Below, piece after piece: positions 49,951-62,830 of a stretch of 64,000 bases of DNA. Within the stretch, counting starts at the first letter, position 1, and each line of letters begins with the position of its first letter. The notes under the pieces are model-generated. The model did no database searches and was not told the DNA's origin. It saw only the letters and a program-made list of their open reading frames with translations. Position numbers and translations under genes: made by a program. The DNA comes from Takakia lepidozioides (lineage: Eukaryota > Plantae > Bryophyta): the NCBI GenBank assembly GCA_030704615.1, contig CM060734.1:23312001-23376000 (forward strand), written 5' to 3'.

Positions 49951-51029
49951 GCGAACAAATGAACATACAAACATATATTATAATGTGTCATTGCAACCAT
50001 ACAACTTATTATAAGCGAAATGCAAACAACAACCTTCAATGTGTGAATGCATCAAATATGTCATTCAATAATTACATGTATGTGCGCAACGTCACGCATG
50101 CAAAGTTTCAAACCCAAACAAAATCATTTGCCCCCCCAAGGACGCGTTCCTATCAACCAATTTTTGTTTATTAATGTGAAAGAAAATCCTCTCATGCCAT
50201 TGCACCCATCAAACGGATGTGGCTCAAGCTTCATTTTTTCCCACATGTGCTTAAATATGTGTGCAACACATGTGCAAAGATCCAACAGATTTTATTTTAT
50301 TTTATTTTTAAAAAAAAACATTTGTCTCCCCAACGACACACTCACCCTTGAACCAATTTTGAATTAAATCGAAATTAAATGAATTTAAAATAAATATTTG
50401 CACTTAGAAAATATAGGATTGCGGTTTTGAGGGGCGTAATGATTTTATTTTGTGACATCGGGGTTTGCACCACTACATCCATGCAAAAAATTGGACAAAA
50501 AAAAATCGAAAAACAAAAGTGTGTTTCTAGGGTCACTTTTGCATAACTCTCTCTATGAAGAGTGTATGAAGTTGAAGATAACTCAACTTTGGAGTGCAAA
50601 TGAGAGAACAAAATATGGTTCTGGGTCCAAATAACTTTTGTTTACTCCCAAATTTTGCACGCACATTGCATATGCTGTCATGAAGCATATGGCTTGAAAA
50701 TAGAATTTTAAAAAAAAAATCATGTGCAGGCGAAACGCAATTTTCCGTCTCTACGACACGTAGCTGCGTTCAACACTAGAATGACCCATTGAATGAACTT
50801 GGTTCAAGCTCATATTTGGTCCACATGTGCATGAGTATGTTCAGATCACATATGCAAAGTTGCAACCCACACGAGCAACAAGAAAAATATTTACATCAAT
50901 CGATTAATCGGATGTATACAAAGTACATCATGAGAATATCTACAATGCCCCTCTACGCGATCCCTGTCTCAAAAGAACCTTATTTCTATCATACACATCC
51001 CACTCATGCTGTAACCGAAGGTCCCAATC

Positions 51030-51985
51030 ATCCCGAGAGAACTTGTATGAGGCAAATAGCTTGTTGCCAGCCCTAATAGTCCTACTATGTGCATCCTCTC
51101 ACAATATACCGACGTATGACCACAAAAGCTCTCATGCCCATCGCTTCGCTCGTCCCATACTACATTGGTTATCCTAGGATGACCAAAAAAACTGTTGATG
51201 AGCCCAGCAACATTGCCGAAGATATCAGGGTCACCATCACAAAATCTGATCTCAATAGGAGACAACCCCCGTCTACGTATATCATGTCCGTTGACACACA
51301 AAATGTAAGGTAGGATGTATGGGGCTTCGAGGCGTAATGTACGGAACTTCCCGGAGGTGTAGTATGGACAGTAATAGGGAAACAAGTCCACCATGTTGTT
51401 TCTCCGAGGAGGAACCACAATATCATTGACCGTGAATAAACCCCGACCAGGGTTAGTAGCGGCTCTCACAACATACCGTCTACCCCAATACTCGAACTCC
51501 ACATTCTCTCGGATGGGGGTAGGAGGGTCGAGATGATTCCCCCAACAACAAAGCTGGACGGTCCTCAGTAACATAGTCCTATGCGCTTCCCATCAGGGGC
51601 GAGGATCCGGCTCAGGCCGCCCAAGCCGAAGGGGAGGAAAACTAGGGCAAAGCCGACCCTTCATAGGGGTTCGGGGGGCACATGCACGTGGAGGTGGAGG
51701 TGGAGGTGGAGGTGGTACTGCTGGCGGAGGAGATGAAAGTGGAGGTGGTTGAGGATGTAATGTCGGAGGCACAGCCGGGGGTACAACGTCCGGATCAGGT
51801 ACTACCGGAGGTGAATCAGACAAAGAAACAGATAGGGGGGGGGGAGGGGGCACAATCGGCCTGCAAGCTGCTACTGCATGTACGGCATGGAGAATCCTCA
51901 AATGAGGACACTGGATAGGGGGACCGCCTAAAGAAACCGGAGGGGGGGGGGGGGGGGGGGGGGGGTTTTGCTCACCGCCAGCCAT
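51030..51985 (-). pseudogene. Proline-rich N-terminus plus SET-domain-like protein, disrupted
   Basis: ORFs 51593-52030 and 50969-51574 are in the same frame with one TGA between them. Motifs GRGLFT and DGDPDIFGNVAGLINS, then after a frameshift RTIRAGNKLFASY (~51042-51086). Confidence 0.6.
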
Positions 51986-52034
51986 AATGCATGTGACACC
52001 TACGATACCCCTCGACCCTACGCAGCTCATCTAA

Positions 52035-53850
52035 GTGGTGCTGGGGGAACCAACTGGTCACATCAGGCACACGCTCTGGCACAAATTCATCAAGCAAACC
52101 GGCGCGAAATTCGAGAATGTGTGTAGTCGCAAACTGGAGCAGACCAGCGCTGGTACCCCTGCAACAAACTTTGTGGAAGTATGTTGGGATGATGAGGATG
52201 AGATCTTGGCAGAGATGACAACTCTAATGAAGGAACAAAGCATCAACGAGGTTCTAGGCTTCCTAGGAACCGAACTCCCTTACCACTACCTTTGCGGTAA
52301 GTGCTGGGCGGTCCAGGGGTGCAGATGATATCAGTAATGAGCCAGGGAACTCTGGAGAAATATCCACTCCAGCTCGGACCCCTTGCAATGTGGAGACACA
52401 ACCCAAATCTAAGATTTTGAGTCATTTATATAAGGGGAGAATCTCCCTCTCCCCTATGGATGTGATCATGTCTGTTCCAGGGGAGCTTGAGAAGCTCAAA
52501 GGTTTGGTGAAGGTTGTAGAACGGGCCATGGGGCAGCAAAGAGATGCTGTATCATCCTTGACGGCAGTCAAGGAGCCTGCAACGAAAGCTGCAGTAAAGG
52601 CTCTATATCCGCATGAGATGGAATCCAGTGCCATCTCATATGCTTACTCTGGAAGGGTAAAGCCTTCCATGCAATGATCACAGTGGGGGAACATCAGGTA
52701 CTGGGACAAGTCAACACTGGTGCCACGCTGTCTGTCATGCCAGCCAACACAGCTCGAGACTTGGGGCTTATGGGGTCTGTAGTCAGTGACAAGGATGTCA
52801 CTTATAGGGTGGCATCAGGAGCAGTAGAGACTGCCATGGGGAGACTTGAGGATCTGAAGGTCACTGTGGGGGAGCTCACTAACAGGCTCTCCTTCATAGT
52901 GGTTGACACGGATACTTACAACATGCTGTTGGGGATGGATTTCTTGAAGAAGTTTGGAGCCGTGGTTGACACCGAAAATGAGACAATCAGTGTGAGGTAT
53001 GGTCCAGGAAAGGCAGTGGCTCATTTTCCCTTGCATACTATAAACCAAGTTGAATCTGTGAGTGATGAGGAACAGGATGAAGCACATATGGGGAAGAGAA
53101 GGCCCAGCCAAGTCATGACAACCACTTTACTGCAGGAGGATCATGCCGCAAGGAGGTCAAAGGTGAGGAAATTCTGGCTGTTCGCTTTGAAGCAGAAGTA
53201 GGGTGTGAAAAACCCACCAATGCATCTGAAATCACATGTGATCAGAGAAAGGTCATGTGTATGAAAAGGATGAGAAGAGAGACTGAAACTCTGGAAGAAA
53301 GAAAAGTACAGAGGCAGATCAGAAGCCAGGTACAGCAAGAGAGAAGGAGCAACTCTGACTTCTCCAAGCCAGTCAATTCCACAGATGCTAAAAATGGGGC
53401 TACATGCATTTATGGGGGGTTTGGCATTACCCATCGTGACAACAAGGCTGGACGGTGCACCCTTACCATGGACACGGGGTGTTATCAATCAATCAGCGAG
53501 CTCTGCATGGCTATCTGTCATAGACCTCCAGAGTGGGTCTTACCGACCTAAAAGCCATGATGGTAACAAGGAAGTTGTAGATGAAATCATCATCTACCGG
53601 ATCGCAAGACGAGTCAACATGCGTTCCCCCTTTCAGGACCTCGAACTCCTTCAGGGATGACGGTGTCGATGGGTGGTGTTCTCTTACGAGACAGTGCGCG
53701 TCAAAAGCTTATGTCTACGAAATCAAAACACAGGAGTCAGTGGAGAGAGCACCGAGGGAAGACCAAGGGAATGAGCTGAGGACACCATTGAACCATGTTT
53801 GCGTCAACACAAGGATGGAAGAGGAGATGGACAGCGCAAGAGAAAAATAG
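52035..53850 (+). pseudogene. Continuation of the gypsy gag-pol: aspartic protease relic and decayed downstream sequence
   Basis: VLGQVNTGATLSVM (DTGA-type motif with D>N) and YNMLLGMDFLKKFGAVVD. Confidence 0.75.
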
Positions 53851-53909
53851 AGCAATCCAAACATGGAAAACATTTCCACATGATTGATTGTAATGGAGGA
53901 TATTACATA

Positions 53910-56900
53910 CCTTCTGGCTTGGGAAGTCCCCCTTTGTAAGTGGGGGACTGTTAACTCCATTCTAGCTTTTAATCACCTTCATCCCACCAGACTTCAGAAA
54001 ACTGGCCAGTAGTCGTCTGCACTTTGAATTGGCTGCTTGGAGGATGAGCAAACACCTATTGTCAGCCAAGAAGTTCCCACAAAATTTGAAGACCCAAGGC
54101 CAGTAGCGCTCGTCCCATTCATTCCAGGACAGAGTGACACCTTTCGGAGGGAGATCTGGGACTGGAAGCCCGTCTGGAATGTCCACAACAACGAGCTCGC
54201 AGGCAAAGGGTTTCTTCTCTCCGTTCACCCAGGATGGACCTTTCCCAGCCTTCACACAAAAAAAAAAAACAATCCCACTTACAGGACTTGTGAACACACT
54301 GCAAAAATAAAATGACAAGGAGGGTGGAATGTAGAGGGAATTTACCAAAGTGAGGAATGAAGATAGTGTCTCCCAAGTCGGGGACTTCTCGTTGACTGTG
54401 CCGCCTTTCCTCCTTGATTCCATCATGTCCAAGAAGCTTTCGTTCACAGTCTTATGTTGGAATCCCGTGGCCACACCTCTGCCAGGGTTAGGTAGGGCCT
54501 CGTTTGGCCGATCTGACAGAGTGAGTTGTGACCCCCTCTGAGCCCCTCCTGCCACAGCAGCCGCTGCCTGGCTTTGTTCACCCTTTTTCTTTTTATCCTT
54601 CTTCTTTCCACCCTTCTTTTTTGGGCTCGGATTCACAACCGGTTCCTTTGCTCTCAAAAGCCGGAGATCTCTCAACTGCAGCTGCCTATCTATAAGTGGA
54701 GCAAGAGCCTCGGCATTGTCATTCAAGTTCCGAAGGACGTTCTCCTCCCAGGGTGTGGATTGTTTCACGCAGTCCAGGTACCAGCCACAGTCTTTCAAAT
54801 GGGACCTGCTCCAGTCCTCCAGAATTCCCGCTGTGTACATAGTTATGTCCGGATTTGTCTTTGCCCAACTGTCAATGAAGAATGGGTATGCGCTTAGAAA
54901 CCCCCCTGGAAAAAGCACTCTGTGGATATATCTGCGGTGATAGCCAGAACAGAAATCAATATAAGTACAAGACATACATGATAGCAGTTACAAAACCTTC
55001 GCTGTAACAATTTACAAAACATTCATACAGTCATTCTTGCATCAACGAAAGCCTAATCCTGGTTCAGGAACATGAGCCTTGACACCCAAGAAGTTGTTTT
55101 CCCTGTCACTTCAACAAAACTGATGGCTGTCATGAACCAGGCTTGCGTTAACGCAAGCCTGCTGCAGACCCGAAAATAGACCCATCCCTCACAGTCTAGA
55201 GGGACCCTGAATCCACCAACTATGAACTCCACAGCCTCACAACAGACCCCTAACACACTCAACTGGATACACCAAGCTCCATTACACCCAAAATCAGGCT
55301 TCCGTCAACGCAAGCCTTATCCCTGCCCCAAGGTAAACGGAGACTACAAGCCATGATGAGCAGGGTCGGCAGGCTTGCTTTAACACAAGCCTCAATAGAG
55401 GCAGTTTCTGTCTATGAAAATAGCACTCGAAAATGTTAATGCATGAATAACAAACCTGTATATGACTCGTTTCATCACCTGCTCGCCATTGTGCTGCGCA
55501 TCGAACATGTTAGAGCGATTTATGCCACCTTCCACAGCAAATTCCTGGAAGAACGCATGGTTCCAAACGACCCCTTTCACCTCCTTATCTAGGTCTCGAA
55601 TGACTCTTCCGGTGTACCAATCACGATCTTGAAATCTGTGAGTGATTTCTCCATAACCTCCTCAGCCCTCTCCTCCAACTTGCACGTGGAACACTCTGTT
55701 AGAATGTACTATATAGCTCAAACACATTCAGTCCAAGTAATGAAGAGTACACAAATTCTTACCTCAGCCCAGAATGTGGCTTTATGTAGCCAGATGTCCC
55801 AAACTTGATCACTGAAAGGGGTTACAACTCCAGTGGTGGCGTTTCTCTCGCCCATGGGAAAACTATTTGTCTGGCGGAGAACAGGCTCGGAGTTCCAAAT
55901 CTGAAGCCAACGCACTTTTACTGCAGGCTCTACCATTGCCATAGCAAGCCGGTGCAGCTTCTCCTGTGTCATTTCAGGCTTCGTGTTCTTGCTCCAATGA
56001 ATGCGGACCTCTTCCAAAAACTGTAAGCCAAGACCAGGATCAGCTATACACAGCTGTTTGGTGAACGCAGTCACCACCTTCCCTCGGAATTCGTTCATGT
56101 GGAAGGTCATTGCCGTTTCTATTCCGAAAGCAGTGCGTTCACTCTCTGGAGTCTTTCCGTAGTACTCCGCTTTCCCCCGCTCACCCGCATCAGCAATTTC
56201 TTGCTACCCAACACAAGGACAAGGTGAAAAGAGAGGTCAGTCACCCAAATGTGGACTGGAAAACCTGAGCCCAAACTCCACAGTGAATTAGGCTTGCGTC
56301 AACGTAAACCTGACCAGATGTTCTGGTATGAAAAGAAAACAACTCTCAAATGCAGGACTTACCGTGTACATGTACTCCAGGAATGCATCCCTAGTGAGTG
56401 TGTACCATGTCTCTGCCCTTTTGGAGGTTTCGCACTTCTCGAAGGCCTCAGGTGACAGAATAGTCTTGAAGCTGGACAGCGGCATTCTTCCGAGCTTTTG
56501 CATCCTGAATAATGTGTGCACCAGGTTTGTTGTAACATGGGAAGACTCTGTCTGCCCGCACAATCAAACCCAGTGTGAAAAAATGAAAGACAGGGTCCTC
56601 ACGACAATGAGTTCGTAGTAGAATCTGGTGAATGTAGAGAGAACTCACTTGTTTATATCATGCATGGCTGGTAGCAGCTGGGTGTAGTTCCCCCTCCAAT
56701 CCAAAACACATGCCGCAACTGAGTAGTGCCAATCTTTCTCCTCTTGATGCATATTGTCGATGTACTCCTTCCAAGCAAGCAGGCGGTGGTTCCCGTCCCA
56801 AACAAAGAACATCTTGTTACTGTACACCTGTAACTCGGGAATCCTGGACAGAGACTGTTCGAACTCCAAATTCACTTCCTTCCACCAAGTCATCCCACTT

Positions 56901-57245
56901 GCCCATGATCTCCTCGTCAACCACTTTCTCGTTCCTTGGAATCACCAACAGAAACGTAAAACACTGGGGTTCCAAACACATACCCGTGCACAAAATCTCC
57001 CTGGAGTTTCCTGATATCCCCCGTCAAGGCAGGACGAATAGCGGGCATTGAAATCATCTTGCAGAGGGGTATCATTAGGTTTGCCTCCATAACCATCATG
57101 GACCGGATTACTTGTCCTGATTTCACCTTGGACCCCGACCTGATCTTGATGGCCATGCCCTTGTAATCCATATCAGTGTCCTGCACTTCTGTCTAGACAG
57201 CTTGCGCCACTGCAGGTTCTTTGCCCTTCCTCCTCTTCTTCTGCT
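53910..57245 (-). pseudogene. Multi-exon gene: ParB/Srx-like N-terminal domain and C-terminal amino(N6A/N4C)-methyltransferase-like domain; truncated at both ends
   Basis: FFVWDGNHRLLAW (ParB/Srx GxxR-type motif) in 56645-56920. CELVVVDIPDGLP...WNEWDERYWPWVFKFCGNFLADNRCLLIL in 53962-54250. GT donors at ~56648, ~56361, ~55761 and ~53910. Confidence 0.6.
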
Positions 57246-57344
57246 TGACACAAGAAACAGAAAAAAAACAGAAGCAGTGAGAACTCCCATTCAAATATGG
57301 GTTCCTTCCAGCCTCAGAAATCAGGCTTGCGTCAAAGCAAGAAT
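55138..57344. repeat. Five dispersed copies of a 22-bp palindrome (consensus AGGCTTGCGTYAACGCAAGCCT)
   Basis: Copies at 55139-55160 (perfect palindrome), 55296-55317, 55371-55392, 56290-56311 and 57323-57344. Confidence 0.85.
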
Positions 57345-57376
57345 GAAATGGAGGTCTTGCAAGCACTCTGAATGCT

Positions 57377-59814
57377 TTGCCTTCAGCCATCGCCCTTGCA
57401 GCAAGCATGACGTTCTTGCAAAAACATATTCTTGGGGAACCAGATGCCACCTCATCGAAGCTGGAATCCTCAAACGTGGAGGCTGTGATGGATCATTTCT
57501 CAACTTTAAGCAGTCCCAATGTCCGGAACCATATCAACGCACAACGAATGGGCCCTGGGAACAGAGGTTTTGTTGATAGCATTTTGGACTTGAAGCGTAG
57601 AAGCAAATATGACTTCACTCAGGATAGTGTCTTCCCAGGCCAGGGATCCATGAAAGTGTACTTATTCAAAATGTCGACGGTGGGGGAAGGTAGTGGGGTT
57701 AGCCTGGTCCGTAGAATGCAGCCCGGAGGAGATATGGAGAAATCGTGGCTGATGTTCGATCATGTCAAACGTGTTAAGGACTGGACAACCATGGCTTGTC
57801 ATGTGTACGATCCAACTTACCAAAGAGTCATGACTATAGCAGTTTGCGACATGCAATCCGAGGACATCGAATCTCAAATTTTGATGTGGAAGTCTCTTGT
57901 CAACGTGATGATATTGAATGGTGTGCCTGATCCAAACTTCAATGGATTCATGGCTGACAGTGCACAAACAAACTGGAATGCAGTGAGCTGTGTGTTTGGT
58001 TCTGGAGACCCCAAAACACCTATGGAAGGTAGGGAGCGCATCTGTCTCTTTCATTGGACACAGTCCCTTCGAAGGCATACAAAGAGTTGTATAAAAGTGG
58101 AATTGCAGGACGAGCATATGAGACTTTGCCGCTTGTACAAAGATGCATCGACTGAGCATGAAGCAAACTCATTGTATCAAACTATCCGAGCATGGTGGTA
58201 CTCCTCAGATGCAACAAGCCAGGAAGGTCTCAAAGAGCTTGATGACTAATTTGGGTTTTGGCATTTCCGGTACAGACAGTGGGGACAGTAAGTTCTGGGA
58301 CTCTGAGGGTTTTTTTTTCTTCACTTGTCAGGAGGGATTGATTCATTTGATGTTGGCTGTTGTCCACTACAACTGCACTTCAAACAAGAAAACTCACTGG
58401 AAAAGCTCATTGCTTGCAGAATATGACGCTGGAGGAAATTGCGGATATGCCCTCTTGCAATCTTTCGAAGATAGTGCACAGTGTTTGGATGAAGCAATCC
58501 GGGAAGAACGAGCGGGATCTGTACGTTGCAACATCTGATGACATGGTCCGCACGCTATCGCAACAAACACGGTACCGAAATTTCCTTCGGGCACGGGGTG
58601 CAGGCAAGGGCCAGACAGGGCAGAGTTGCTGCTCAGGGCTGCAAACAGATTTAAATATCCTACTAAGATGGCACGGGCTGTGAACGAGTGCACAATTGGA
58701 ACACCATTGCAGTCACGGCTTGCACATCTGGAAGGAGAGGAGAGGTTTGGTTTGTGCAAACGCAAACTTGACACCCCACCAGACTCAGATGCAGATTCGC
58801 ACCGGCACGATCGGGACAACTTCTCGGTACCACGTGTGCCTGTGCCCCCCACTTTTGGGTTGCCACCCCTTTGTGGGGGAGTCTTCTTTGCCTCCATTCC
58901 CTCAGGAGTCTCCAACCACCACAGTCCCCGGTGAAGGGGAGAACATGCTGCCGGTAGAGGTAGAGGAGCAGACTGTACAGACGCAATGTGGCATATCGAA
59001 CGGACTCCCCATGGATCAAAAGTCAAATGTGCCGCTATTAGGGCCCCCTCGTTCTAGAAGTGTAAGTCCCAAATTTCCAAAGGGACTTGCGGAACTCCTG
59101 CCCCGACATTCACCGGGTTGTTCAAGCATTACCAGTCGCGGGAGTCTAGGCCTCACAAGTTTTGGTTCTGTCCGGATGACATTGTGCGTTGTGTCATGGG
59201 GACCGTTCGGGAATCTGTGATAATGAAGCCTCAAATTCCAGCCGTGTGGCCAGTGAGGTTAGGAACCGCACTCTCCAGACTGGAAATTGACATGCTAGAG
59301 GAGGTCGGGTTTCGCCTTCCAAGAGTCCATCATGTCGTAACACCGGTTAACCCAATGGCTTTCCCTTTCAACTTTCCGGCACGTCCTCGACATGGCAACG
59401 ATAGGCCCACAAAAAGGAATGGAAAGGCGGTACGTCAGGTTGAGGCTGGTGCAGACAATGAGTGCAAGATGGAGTCTGCTAGAACCCTACAGTGTCGCGT
59501 CACCCAAATTGTGAATGTTCCTTTGCCAGGGTATGGGCGAGTGTACCATGGCGACTTCTAGATCGGTTGTTCATGTCAGGACCTATGAGATTACTATTGG
59601 CGATTTCCCTAACTGCACTTGTCCGGACTTTCAGAACACACTCTCAAGCTCTCTTGGGAAGAGAGTGAAATTTGTCCCGTGTAAGCATCTTTACTACATC
59701 TACATTTGGAGGATGTTTTGCGATCCTAAACGAGACACGTACATTCACCAATGTACGATAGGACCCAGTGACGTTCATACACTGCTACAGAGAGATACTT
59801 CGGGTATAAATTGA
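57377..59814 (+). mobile_element. MULE-like DDE transposase with C-terminal SWIM zinc finger, disrupted and intron-containing
   Basis: WLMFDHVKR, GFMADSAQTNWNAV and CLFHW (CxxH). Putative intron gtaag...ttgcag at ~58288-58420. SWIM motif CTCPDF...CKHLY. Confidence 0.8.
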
Positions 59815-60407
59815 GATGTAGTCGGGATTTAAATTGCAACTCTGCCGGTTTGCCGTCCTTGTCATTGTTACCCAAACCTGGCTGACTCGGACTTTGGAGA
59901 TGGCTACCTTTGCTTAATGGGAACATTTTTTGAATGAGATCAATGTTGTTTTGCAATCAATATTTGTTTTCAATCTTGTTTTCCAATGCATGTTTGTCTT
60001 ACAACCACGTGGACTTGTACCGGGCTTAGTGCTGGTTAATAATGGCAATACTTTCTTGAATAAGATCAATCTTGTATTGCAGAATTGGCTTATGACTTCA
60101 CTTTGTATGAGATGAATGGGATCATGTCATGAATGGCCTTTTACAAGCAATCCTATTTCACTCATTCACGCCACATTCATCCAGTCATTATCATCAACAT
60201 TCATCCGCATTCATCCATTTCCTAAACCCAATCAATCCATGCTTACTTCGTCGAGAAGTTTTTTGTACACATTCGTCCCACATTTTCTGTCATGGAGGTC
60301 GGCGTCTTTGGTCCCAGCATGGTATGTTAGCTTCCAATAGGCACCGGGTTGCGTCCACGACAACTAGGCCCTGCTTCTTCCACGGTTATACATTCCACTT
60401 CCAATTT

Positions 60408-60505
60408 GTGCTCACGCTTAACTTGTGCTCACGCTTAAGGGAATCTGCTCATGATTAGTGGAATTTGCTCACGCTTAGTGCGCTCACGTGAGCGCGCTCA
60501 CGCCG
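60408..60505. repeat. Cluster of GCTCACG(CTTA) short repeats downstream of the transposase
   Basis: About 6 copies, including the palindromic gcgctcacgtgagcgc. Confidence 0.7.
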
Positions 60506-60604
60506 CAGCTGCTCTCAAATTATGGGAGACGGTGCATGTTACCACACACTATCTGCCTATAAACCAACCCTCTATGATTACTAGTTTGTGGGATCCATTA
60601 ACAG

Positions 60605-62480
60605 TTGCGCTTGGCAAGTGCTTATCCCCCAGCTACGTACCAGCCTGAAGCGGTAGGCATGTATGCTCCAGTTTCGGTGCAGGAGAGAGCGCCCAAAACT
60701 TTAGCTTTACGAGCCCCAGGGTCACAGGAAGATGCAATTATGGCATTCGCTAAGAAATTTGGAGAATTGGAGGTGAAAATGGCCGAGAAGAGAGAAGGCC
60801 GACCCAAATCCAATAATCAAAGGCCAAATTCTTGGTGTGGAAATTGTAAAGGCTATGGTCATATTGCTACAGAATGCCCTTCACCTCCTAGTGTTGCCAA
60901 TGCGGAGATTGATAAATGCGGGTTATGCGGGAAACATCATTCTATATTGCAGTGCTGGCATCTTAAAGCTGCAATGGGAGTACCACCGGAGAACTCCAAT
61001 AATCAGAAGGCTGCTCAACAGACAGCTGGTTGGGGTGTTAATCAGGGTGGAGTTTAGACCCCAGGAAATTGGCAAAGATAGACCCAAGGTCCACAAATGG
61101 GAGGCAACTTTTGGCAGAATCGACCGCCCAAGAATTGGACACAATCTCCAAGTCAACTTAATAGACCACCAGTTTGGAGAGGAGCTCCATTTCAACAACC
61201 GGAGAATCCATCACCAGGAGAGCAACAACCGTACACTTAGTATGGAGGACCTGTGAGGCAGACCAGGAATGGCCAATATCATGTGTGTTATCGAAATAGG
61301 ACATTATGCAAATGAATGCCCCAACCCGAGAGCGCAGGAAGAGTACATGCCGCTTTGTGGAAGGTGTGGATTGCAAGGCCATACGGCTAATAACTGTAGA
61401 GCAGCAGCTCCAGTTGTTAGGCAGAGACCGTATCCGGTGACAGAAACCATGGGGACTCCATCTTTACATTCAACCCCATCGAATCCACCAACTACTGCTC
61501 AAACTGGTGTCGACGTGCGGAGGATTGAGTTGGTTGCAGAGATGGGGTGTGCCTATGATTGTAGAAAAGGGAAGGAGAAATTGGAGGATGACTTCCTTAC
61601 ACAAGTGGGGGAGCAGTATCCCATTCATACGGTGTTGACCCGAGGGCAGAAGAGGGCTCGACCCTATAATCGGTGACGGAAAGAGCAGGGGGAAGGGAGT
61701 GCGCAAAAATTGGATGAAGTAACATCGATTTCTGAACGATTACATCATCCAGTAGATGTAAAGTTGTAGCCCAATTTTCGTATGAAAATATAATATCGAG
61801 GTTTGGCTGTCCATTGGAATTGGTTAGTGATCGAGGTACCCATTTCATAAATGAAACAATTGCCCCATTGACGGAACGATATGTGATTAAGCATCGAAAG
61901 ACTACTCATCATCCTCGAGCCAAGGGGCAGACAGAACGAACCAATGGGCTATTATGTGGCATTTTAACTCGCACAGTTATGGGTGTGGGTTATGATTGGG
62001 TTACTAAATTGTTTGGCGCTTTATGGGCCTATCGCACAGCTTTTAAAATCACTACTGGGCAAACCCCATTTCAATTGGTTTATGGATTGGAAGCTATCCT
62101 CCCAGTGGAATTGGAACTCCCTACTTTGCGAATTATTATACATGAACGTCTTTCTGATGACGAGTCTTTGTCCTTATGCTTAGCCCGATTGGAACAATTG
62201 GATGAAATTTGAAGGCAGGCGTTACAAAATATTGAAGTTATCCAAAGACGGCGGAAAGATTATTATGACAGCAGGCTCAAACCTAAATCCTTTAAAGTTA
62301 ATGATTTGGTTCTTCTTTATGACAGTCGGTTCCAGAAGTTTCTTGGCAAGTTAAAAATGAGGTGGCTGGGCCCCTATCGAGTAAAAGAAGCATTATCTAA
62401 TGGATCCGTCCAATTTCATGGGAAGGCGAGGATTTACCTACTCGCATTAATGGGGATCGAATAAAAATATACTATCATTA
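60605..62480 (+). mobile_element. Ty3/gypsy relic: gag C-terminus with multiple zinc knuckles joined directly to integrase (PR/RT/RH deleted)
   Basis: Knuckles CGNCKGYGHIATEC, CGLCGKHHSILQC, GHYANEC and CGRCGLQGHTANNC. Integrase LVSDRGTHF, GQTERTN, LWAYRTAFK and GPY-type tail WLGPYRV. Confidence 0.85.
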
Positions 62481-62519
62481 ATCCCGAGGGCGGGATTAAT
62501 AATAAAAGGGGGGGAATTC

Positions 62520-62830
62520 TTCATTAATTCAGTCATTACTTAGTATTCAATATTCAATATTCATTCTTCAATATCCAATATTCATTACTCAATATCCATT
62601 CTTCGATATTCAGTATTCAATTATAACTACCTGTTCTTCAATATTCAATAGTCAATTATAACGACATGTTCTTCGATATTCAGTATTCAATTATTCATTT
62701 ATAACTACCTGATATCGTTCTCTAAATATTCAATATTCATATTCAACTTTAACTACTGCATCTTCATCATTTATTATTCACTATTCAATACTTAACTACC
62801 TATTATATAATATTTAAACTGTCCAATAAT
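62520..62830. repeat. AT-rich low-complexity (TATTCAA)n spacer
   Basis: Many tattcaa/ttcaatat repeats between the integrase and the extra ORF. Confidence 0.75.

Noticed and set aside
55139-55392. Palindromic repeats as a CRISPR array
   Set aside because: Spacing is irregular and too long, there are no cas genes, and the context is eukaryotic and intronic.
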